64,000 nt of DNA, taken from NCBI GenBank assembly GCA_002633005.1, contig NMRA01000182.1:665768-729767 (forward strand). Direction: 5' to 3'. Both the position numbers and the translations under genes were made by a program. Source of the stretch: Phoronis australis. Lineage: Eukaryota; Animalia; Phoronida. Below are positions 58,101 to 64,000 of the stretch, piece after piece. The notes under the pieces were generated by a model. That model was not told the origin of the DNA and did no database searches. It worked only from the letters and a program-made list of their open reading frames with translations. Position 1 is the first letter of the stretch; each line of letters opens with the position of its first letter.

Positions 58101-61100
58101 TGAATAATGAAATAACTAACACGCTTAAGGCATCTATAGGTTATGTTGACCAACAACATGTTTTCATCAATCGCCGTTAGGATTTATTCCTCAAGAGCTT
58201 ACAAACACCAATGTCATATCGAAAACAACAAAGCGAGCCCCACCATTCTATCGGCTGTCAAATGAGGACACGGTAAAACAATATGTTTTAACATATCTAA
58301 TTAAAATTAGATAATATCGAGTTACGAGTATTCATTGGCCGATACGTACTGCGCAGACTATTGACAACCAATCGCAACATTAGTCACCCTCCCCTGTGAG
58401 TAGCGTGAAGTCGTCACATGTAGCTGCTCGTTTCAGTGTTGTTTTCGATATAATAAAGACAGGCAAGGCGTTGCATTTACTATGGTTGGAACAACTCGGT
58501 ATTTGAGTAAGCTCTCTTTCTACTTTCTCGCGGGTACAGAAATGGCATAAGTTTAATCTAGAAACTTGGGTGGTGGTGTTCTTGGCACACCGACGGTGGG
58601 TACGTTCACACGTCACATTCATTCCGTGGAGCTAAGAAATATTATTTTTTCTTCTATTTTCTTGTTTTTGAGAAATTGAATTCGCATATGTGATATATAG
58701 TGCTATAAAGGATTGGTTTAGTGATGCTGACAATGTAGTCACTTATTAAAACAGATAAATTATATTGTTTTTAATACTTTAAAGTCATAGTTTTATGGCA
58801 CTGCGCCATCGACGAATAAGACCCCCGTTTGTAAGAGAAAATTAGGCGTAAAAACCAAACCAAATTACTTGAAAATTCCTGACAAGGTTTCTGAGTGATG
58901 CTGGCAAGAATTTATTTAAAAAGGCTTAATTGAAATCAATTACGGGGTATTTTTGCTGTCAATGTTAGCTTGCTAAAATGAAAACTTGGTTTTAAAGGGG
59001 TTCTAGGGTATAAAAACAACATCTACATGTAACTATAGTGTATGTTTATAATCCCAGTTTGCCTATCTAAACCCAGAAACTGTTTAGTAATGGTTTCACG
59101 AAATCACTGGATATGACTTGGATTTCAGAAACTCAGTCAGACTTAATCAAGAAAAACGGCGTGAGCTACTTGCTCAAGATTGGAGAATATACGAGCAAAA
59201 GACTAGTTGTTAAAACACGCCCATAGTTGAAACGCTTACTTTTATGAAATTGGATGAATTGATTTTACATAACTTATCCACACATTCTAGATTACTTACA
59301 CTTTGGTGAACCCCACACTTAAGCACGAAATCGTAGGAGTATTGCAAAAACTTATCAAAATGAGTCAAGGAAATCACTGAGGCCACACACGTCATCATAG
59401 CTTTTCCGTTGATTTAATATATGCGTCAGAATAGAGGTGTTCGAGGTGCGCAAAGTATGCTTCGACGAACGTTGTTCGATCTTGCAAGTTTCCCTGGACC
59501 GTCGGTTCTTACAGTCAGTTTCAAATAAGTGTGCCTTGATAGCAATGGTAAAAATAAATAATAACATTTCTAAAACTTCATTGAAATGAACACTGCCGCA
59601 ATTACAATGTCAAAATTTTGCCTGCAATCAAGGTAGCCGACTTATGACGTGACTGCTTTTACTCTCACTCGCAAGCCCTTTTCCACTAACGTCTACTACA
59701 CCTCTTCGTATAGACCCAATTCACGCGGCGGACATTAAAATCCAAAGCGAGGCTCACTGCGATAAACAAAGCGGAAATTTACATTGCGTGAATTAAAGTC
59801 ATATGATCCGTTTGTAGACGTTTTAAAAACATCGTGAATCTGCATAAAAACCATTGAAACATACTCTCTGACACTTAATTAGAACTTTTCGTAAGTATGG
59901 GGTCGATCTGCTGCATGTACATATTTTTTCTTTTATTTTTTATTTTCTTAAAATATGCGTGATCAAAACAAACGAATGTTGCCCATAATGCTGTGCGGTT
60001 TGACGTTTTGGCAACTCGAGACAAATAGTCAGCTGTTTCCGGTACTGCTTCGAAGAAGAGAAGTTCGCCTTACCAGGTAATTTATTCGTTTCTTGAACAT
60101 TTTGATGACGATATTGCTCCCTGTATGAGCTGAACAGTCTAACTATTACTCTTAGAATTAGATGAAACCATTACCTGTGGGAAAATTATGTACTGAATTC
60201 GATAGTAATCGTTATGATCGAGTCGAGTGTGCAGTTGTACCCTAGCCAGCCGGCTAGCGGTATCAAAATACAGCTAGGCACCACTGTGTATTTTTCTTCA
60301 ATAGAGCCCGAAATTCACCCAGCCAGGGTAGTATATTTAAATTACAGATTTGTACCAAGGCTCGATGGTCGTGAGTTGAATTTCTACCTGCTGGCAGTTT
60401 TCAGACTTTGGACTTGAATTGCAAAACTATTCGTGTTTTTTCATTGCCATAAGAAAATCATCGTCTATCACCAGGTACTCTATACTCTACTTGTATATTG
60501 TACTAGCAGGGGCACATTGGAGGATTTAAGGGGGGGCAAGAGGGCCATGGCCCCCCTAAAATTCTCCCAGATACCATTTGGCAGTTCGGGGTGCAAATTG
60601 CTGACTAGCACATGCCCCTTGAGCAAACCCTGTTTACCGTTTATGTTTTTTTAGTAATAAGATCCACAAACCCAAAAATTCGACACCCCCGTATTCCTAC
60701 ATCAGGCTGCGCTCGAGCATGTCGCAAAATTCTGGTTATTCCTGTGCCCTGGCCCCCCTAACTTAAACCACTGGATTCGCCCCTGGGGCAGATCCAGGAT
60801 TTTGAGTTAGGGGAACAGGGCAGAGTATTGGCCAGGGTTTAGTTCACCAAACATTTGCACCCCCGAACTGCCAAATGGGAACTGTGAGAATTTTAGGGAG
60901 GCCATAGCCCCCCTCTAAATCCACCACTGACTAGTCAGCTAGCTAGTCCACTTGAACACAACCCACTGGATCAGCGATGAATCCTCGGATTAAATGCAAG
61001 CAAACTTGGGAAGTGCCGGTAGGCTGAAGCTTGTTGCGAGAATAGTGAGATCATAGAAAACCATGGTTGGGAATGGGATGCAACAAATTTGATGCCTGTT

Positions 61101-63416
61101 ATTCAGTGAAGAAATCTGGTTCTCAAATTGCAGGACACTGGGAGTGGTCACATCATTACAGAACAATATACTATGTATGGAACCTCCTCAAAGGCAAAAG
61201 GGTATAAGCCAAAGGCAGATCAGTAGTAGCATTAATAAAGGTCGAGCAGGTTACATCTTGTATTATCAGTGGTAGGGTCTCGATTGGGTAAATAAAGGGC
61301 TAGGGACAGGGGAAGGTTAATGGCAGTGCTTGCTTTTAATTAATATACTCTTTCTTGGACTTTGAGCGTGCAACTAGGCCCTTGCAGACTCACTTTATCA
61401 AGAACACAATCCATCAATTTACATGGCAGAGGGCCTAAAGAGTGCTTCGAAAATCATCTATCCTCCTTGAATGTCAGCTGTTACAGACTTCTAGCATCGG
61501 TATTGGCAAGTTAACACAGGAAATAAACTTAATTAGTCTGGAAACAGGTAGAACACTGAAGTTTCAATTTCAGGTACACTCATACTTTTGCGAAAATGCG
61601 TATCCTATGCAATGTATTGATCAATGTTATCTATGTACTGCTCAGAATGGCATTTTATGTGATTACCATGTTTTTAAAGGTTCACCGTAATGTGCGTCAC
61701 CAGTTCACCAACAATAACAATACTCAAGCAACAGAGTCAACATGATTGGAGTACTGAGCCATGTGCAGAGGAATAGGCTTAGGTGGCAATTGATGTTCGG
61801 TCTCTTCACATGCAGGTATGCTTGGAACTCTCGTTTCTTAACGCAATAGAACCGATTCTACATAACTTTTGTGTTCAGTCATTCTTATTGTTTTCTTTCA
61901 TCAGTAATCACACAAGCTTTATAGGTAACAAAACTGAAGAAAACCTGTAAGAAAATACATTTGCTATGTATCACTAAAATATGCCACATAAACTGCTGAA
62001 ATTTATACTGTCTTAAAACTTCATTAATTAAAACTTCATTAATAATGGACCACTGGCTTTTTGAAGAACAACAACCAGTTTGTAGCTATGAAAACATCAT
62101 TCTCCTTCATGTTGAGGTCATGTTTAAACTACAACTCAAAATTAATGTGGTTTGATTTTTTCAGTCTCACATAAGTATATCTGTGGATGAGGGCATTGTA
62201 TTCAACTTGCTGTGTCCATACTCACTGGGGTGGTGGGTACCACCAGCTGTGATTGTCATCAGGGTGTATCTGTGGCAGATGCTGAGGAGTGTCCACTACA
62301 CTGAAAAGATCTATAAGAAGCAGCCTGTCACCTGCATTTTGCTTATGCCTGTGAGCATTTCTTATAAAGACAGTTTTGGAAATCCAGTTAAGCACCCTCA
62401 TTATGCACACATGTGACTCTGTGAAAGAAAACACTGCTGACATGACACTTGTAATAACCTTTTACCATTTTCCTTCCAAGGCTCTGGCTACAGAGATTTG
62501 GTCTTGCACTCAACATCAATGTTTCAGACAAATACCCAAAACTCAATTTATGCTCATAATTGTTACTTATTGAGAAAATGTGAACAAATTATTTCAAGGC
62601 TATTAGGTATTAATGATACCTGGACTAAACCTTTACTTGGCAATTGTGAAGTGAAAACATTATATGCATTTATACTACAGTTGTAAGCGAGTTGAAAATT
62701 TTCACATGCAAATTAGTTACATTACAAATGTTATTTGCTCAACTGGGCATCCTCCAAAGCACTGATACATTAGAATAAAAACTTCACACTAAAGTACGGT
62801 TTACACAAACCTAATATAAATAACTCAAATGAAACACTGCTTCGTGCATTTCAATGTGCATTTCCATGTTTTAATATGGAACAGCAGTGTACGAAGTGCA
62901 CTCATCCTTCAAAATATCTCTAATATTTGTCTGGTAAGCTGCTTGGCTGTATTTATAAGTTTAGGTGTAAAAGTCTAGGTCCAAGCAGTTTTTTTAGTAA
63001 AAAAGCTCGCTACAGGGGGTTAGTTTGAAAACGCAGATGTAAACGCTTTGATCTAGGTATTTGTGTAAAAAAATCAGTGTGAGGGGTTGCTGGTGCACTG
63101 CACGGTGGTAGGGGTAATGCGTTGTCGGAATCACGGACACTCCGAAATATTGGGAATCCCATTTTGGACACCCTATTTTCGAAATCCTGGGTGAATCCCT
63201 GAATAGAAATTGAACAGGCTTTAAACAAGGCATGTTTAAATACTGTAAACGAAACAGTGATATCTTTGGTTAGGATTGTGAGTTGTGAGTTGAATAAAAT
63301 GTGAAATGTCACTCCATGAGATATTAAGGAAATGAATGAAACAATACCTCAAGGTTTCTTCAGGTGATGACCAGTCTGGGACTCTTGCAAAGAAGTTTGT
63401 AGAGGGCGTTGTCTAA
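16108..63416 (+). CDS. Candidate small multi-exon host gene of unknown function: exons 16108-16209, 22988-23053, 51826-51886, 63364-63416
   Basis: Exons have plausible pyrimidine-rich AG acceptors and GT donors (ACG|GTAAGT, TTTTGCAG|, TTTTCTTCAG|...|GTAAGT) and join in phase (0,0,1): MSQDTNVTEELSKIRTSLEQVNEKVDRLSADTAT-ARAQNVYYVTPQGPATNGGSTV-ALIGCHGQTIDQEMRKGKGA-RDDQSGTLAKKFVEGVV*. No homology recognised; joining is unproven. Confidence 0.3.
17700..18000 (-). pseudogene. Heavily decayed Harbinger-type transposase HTH fragment
   Basis: Frameshifted ALYFLSNG / CKYCYTIST / AYG / QSIVACVYKIC resembles the LxxLAxGxxYxxIxxxFGISQSTV motif. Confidence 0.35.
18947..19440. repeat. ~490-bp foldback with ~95-bp imperfect inverted arms
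   Basis: 18947-19040 (ACAAACTTTGTTGAAGACACGACTGTACTTTTTG...GTCTCTAAACAATGTCCT) is the reverse complement of 19352-19440. Confidence 0.75.
19747..21560. mobile_element. Non-autonomous TIR element with AT TSD (ISL2EU-like); left end also at ~59712-59795
   Basis: AT|AGACCCAATTCACG ... CGTGAATTGGGTCT|AT, a perfect 14-bp TIR. It splits a HINE-like unit and contains a nested MITE at 20933-21226. Confidence 0.7.
24930..25250. repeat. AT-rich degenerate array of palindromic AAACTTAAGTTT-like units
   Basis: Many ACTTAAG / ACTTAAC / AAGTTTTT variants at irregular ~20-bp spacing. Confidence 0.65.
26610..27240 (+). mobile_element. Tc1/mariner-superfamily 5' fragment (TIR-like start plus HTH)
   Basis: Frameshifted RIVREFPRK / RATVNRLITKIGNTGSVARKSDNERSKIACLKENEDRAEELI matches the TGSV.RK.GSGRP..A...EN...VEELI motif; no catalytic domain seen. 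Confidence 0.7.
29600..32020 (-). mobile_element. Penelope-like element 3' fragment (GIY-YIG C-terminus plus downstream repeat), split by a 2-kb insertion
   Basis: VLRLRVLESLLIAFEKPVLNEQQ is nearly identical to the 52-kb copy; similarity resumes at 31990-32020 after the insertion. Confidence 0.8.
30012..31987. mobile_element. Non-autonomous TIR element with AT TSD inserted in the Penelope-like fragment
   Basis: AT|AGCGGAGTTGCAAC ... GTTACAACTCCGCT|AT; the flanks rejoin to match the uninterrupted copy near 52275. Confidence 0.75.
32026..32188. repeat. ~160-bp near-perfect hairpin, probably the head of a non-autonomous element reaching ~32878
   Basis: TTATCCCC.TTATCTAGAGCCC..GTGGATTTTGGAGAATT pairs with AATTCTCCAAAATCCAC..GGGCTCTAGATAAGGGGATAA; outer ATAGATTATTACATG pairs with CATGTAACAATCTAT. 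Confidence 0.85.
33649..35322 (-). mobile_element. Kolobok deletion derivative, copy 1 (inverted relative to copies 2 and 3)
   Basis: TTGA|AGGAGCATGCCAC ... GTGGCATTCTCCT|TTAA; THAP remnant on minus (~35150-34965); KolX-like exon on plus (~34764-34932: GYQFEQEYSDEEILERR, donor GTAAGC). Confidence 0.85.
35490..35870 (+). repeat. Unclassified dispersed repeat; second copy ~53740-54100, fragments ~42940-43030
   Basis: Shared TTGATGCATAATTAGACGA...GACGAGTCCGTACAGATATTTTGAG..TAGGTGTCATAA...TACATGGTGGTA. Confidence 0.75.
36945..38631 (+). mobile_element. Kolobok deletion derivative, copy 2
   Basis: TTAA|AGGAGAATGCCACCC ... GGGTGGCATGCTCCT|TTAA; THAP-like MLRCIVSACPNK...ISFF / RESEMLRKWL... Confidence 0.9.
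38787..39974 (-). mobile_element. Truncated inverted copy of the 40880-42565 element
   Basis: Reverse-complement similarity throughout (39120-39660 vs 41480-41980; 38787-38895 vs 42400-42515); ends GCTGGCTACGGGCCTC. Confidence 0.75.
40880..42565 (+). mobile_element. 1.7-kb non-autonomous hAT-like element with 5-bp TSD (ATGCG), carrying an internal foldback module with 16-bp repeats (41302-~42100)
   Basis: ATGCG|CAGGACCGTAGCCAG ... CTGGCTACGGGCCTC|ATGCG; CCGAAGGTTCACTACT-type arrays at 41318-41390 and inverted at 42050-42095. Confidence 0.8.
43480..45050. repeat. Degenerate ~400-500 bp tandem repeat (about 4 units); related inverted array at ~47870-48760
   Basis: TTGATCCGAT at ~43518/43924/44331; ATTTGAAGAG at ~43582/43988/44927; GAATATGAACG at ~43710/44133/45038. 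Confidence 0.65.
46241..46587. repeat. 28-bp minisatellite, about 12 copies, unit GCTGTAAGCATGTAACTGTGCCATGCAT
   Basis: Direct tandem repeats with few substitutions and no spacers. Confidence 0.97.
46588..47160 (-). mobile_element. Non-LTR retrotransposon 3' fragment (RNase H plus C-terminal zinc-knuckle region; I-group, LOA/R1-like)
   Basis: IFSDSQAA, HVGIDGNENADRLAK, ILTGHCNLARH, SPVCP...ESCPAF; frameshifted. Confidence 0.85.
49515..51154 (+). mobile_element. Kolobok deletion derivative, copy 3
   Basis: TTAA|AGGAGAATGACACCC ... GGGTGGCATGCTCCT|TTAA; THAP MLRCIVPACPN*...GISYF / LPRESEMLRKWL...LRACGL; ~40-bp deletion in the KolX-like exon. Confidence 0.9.
52010..52690 (+). mobile_element. 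Penelope-like element 3' fragment: GIY-YIG endonuclease domain (stop at 52406) plus downstream repeat
   Basis: SVVYEFVCPMNEC...CYIGQTVCSLSRRL...GAIQDHF..CH...LKVLESLLIAFEKPVLNEQ. Confidence 0.88.
52520..52557 (+). ncRNA. Minimal type I hammerhead-ribozyme-like motif of the Penelope-like element; degenerate copy at 29736-29773 (-)
   Basis: CAC TTGAGAAT GAAAC-AAGTAT-GTTCC GAAATATC GTG: short stem I, variant core, stem II, GAAA and palindromic ATAT stem III, placed just after the ORF as in known Penelope-like elements. Confidence 0.55.
54376..58026 (+). mobile_element. Decayed Ty3/Gypsy LTR retrotransposon internal region (gag, RT, RNase H, integrase); LTRs not recognised
   Basis: gag ETYERFLFNSRTQ...IRDRIVLG; RT LRICLDP, RLPFGL, IADD; RNase H DASGFGVG, YAQIEK, DYKPL, VADALSRAP; integrase LVSDGGPQY, ANGAAE, SPVERLFGRK; many frameshifts and stops. 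Confidence 0.93.
60507..60929. mobile_element. Compound GC-ended MITE (two related units in opposite orientation) with one 5-bp TSD, ACTAG
   Basis: ACTAG|CAGGGGC...CCACTG|ACTAG; 60550-60600 is the reverse complement of 60853-60900; internal junction GGATTCGCCCCTG/GGGCAGATCC at ~60785. Confidence 0.7.
63013..63201. mobile_element. Short CAGGG...CCCTG MITE-like element
   Basis: Right end AAATCCTGGGTGAATCCCTG resembles the other GC-ended MITEs; TSD unclear. Confidence 0.4.
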
Positions 63417-64000
63417 ACCACTCATTCTGAAAGTACAGATGATGAAGGAGGGTTTAAATACAATTTGACTCACTTTACCAGGAGCAATCACAAGATTTAA
63501 GAATGTACTTTCAGTCAATTTGTCACACCTTTATGCTTAAAACAACTTTGATTTAATTACCAGAAGGCAAAATTTGTAGCTGAGACAGCATTATTCTAAA
63601 CTGACAGCGACTTAAGAGACTTATAATTGATGAAAATTCCGGCTTACGTTAAAGCCCATAGCCTAATCTCTGTATTCGATACACAACTCGAAAATTTAGC
63701 AATTCCATGACATGAGAAAACATAAGATTTGTACTCCAATCACGTGATTTGACTGGCTAATTTTTTGAGGTTGTGAGTTCAAGTAATGTACCTGGACCAT
63801 GCAGATTGCAATTAACCATTTTCTCCTAACCTGCACAGTCTAAGATGGAAATACAGAGAAAAGTGGCCATCAATAACAGAAGTTTAGCACACCTATTCTT
63901 TCTTTTAAAACTTAATGGAATAAGAAAGATCAACTTACGGTTACACGGGCCCCTGTAGGTGGTCAGTATTCTCCTAACTGGAAAAAATAAAACAAAACTA

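Noticed and set aside
61679-62265. Exon-like segments on the + strand
   Set aside because: Splice-like signals exist, but the frames do not join cleanly and no homology was recognised.

Overview
AT-rich, intron-rich animal genomic DNA, most like a marine invertebrate (the species cannot be determined from sequence). It is not prokaryotic: no rRNA, true tRNA, CRISPR array or operon was seen. The window is mostly nested transposable elements. The main feature is a ~12-kb PIF/Harbinger element (~4.3-16.06 kb) with two convergent spliced genes: a DDE transposase with a single TAG at the end of one exon, and a Myb/SANT (trihelix) partner whose frame stays open across about 11 exons, several of them 36-54 nt symmetric micro-exons. 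Also present are an AcademX remnant (1-2307); three copies of a 1.7-kb Kolobok deletion derivative keeping THAP and KolX-like first exons, two of which form a 5-kb inverted repeat with an apparently homogenised core; two Penelope-like GIY-YIG fragments with minimal hammerhead motifs; a decayed Gypsy/Ty3 element; LINE RNase H and Tc1/mariner fragments; MITE families with 5-bp or AT target duplications; a ~160-bp hairpin; and a 28-bp minisatellite. A small host gene with very large introns may run across 16.1-63.4 kb (+), but this is speculative. Single N bases probably mark assembly joins, and one makes the 10.4-13.2 kb tandem duplication suspect. All calls are by eye; no searches or alignments were run.
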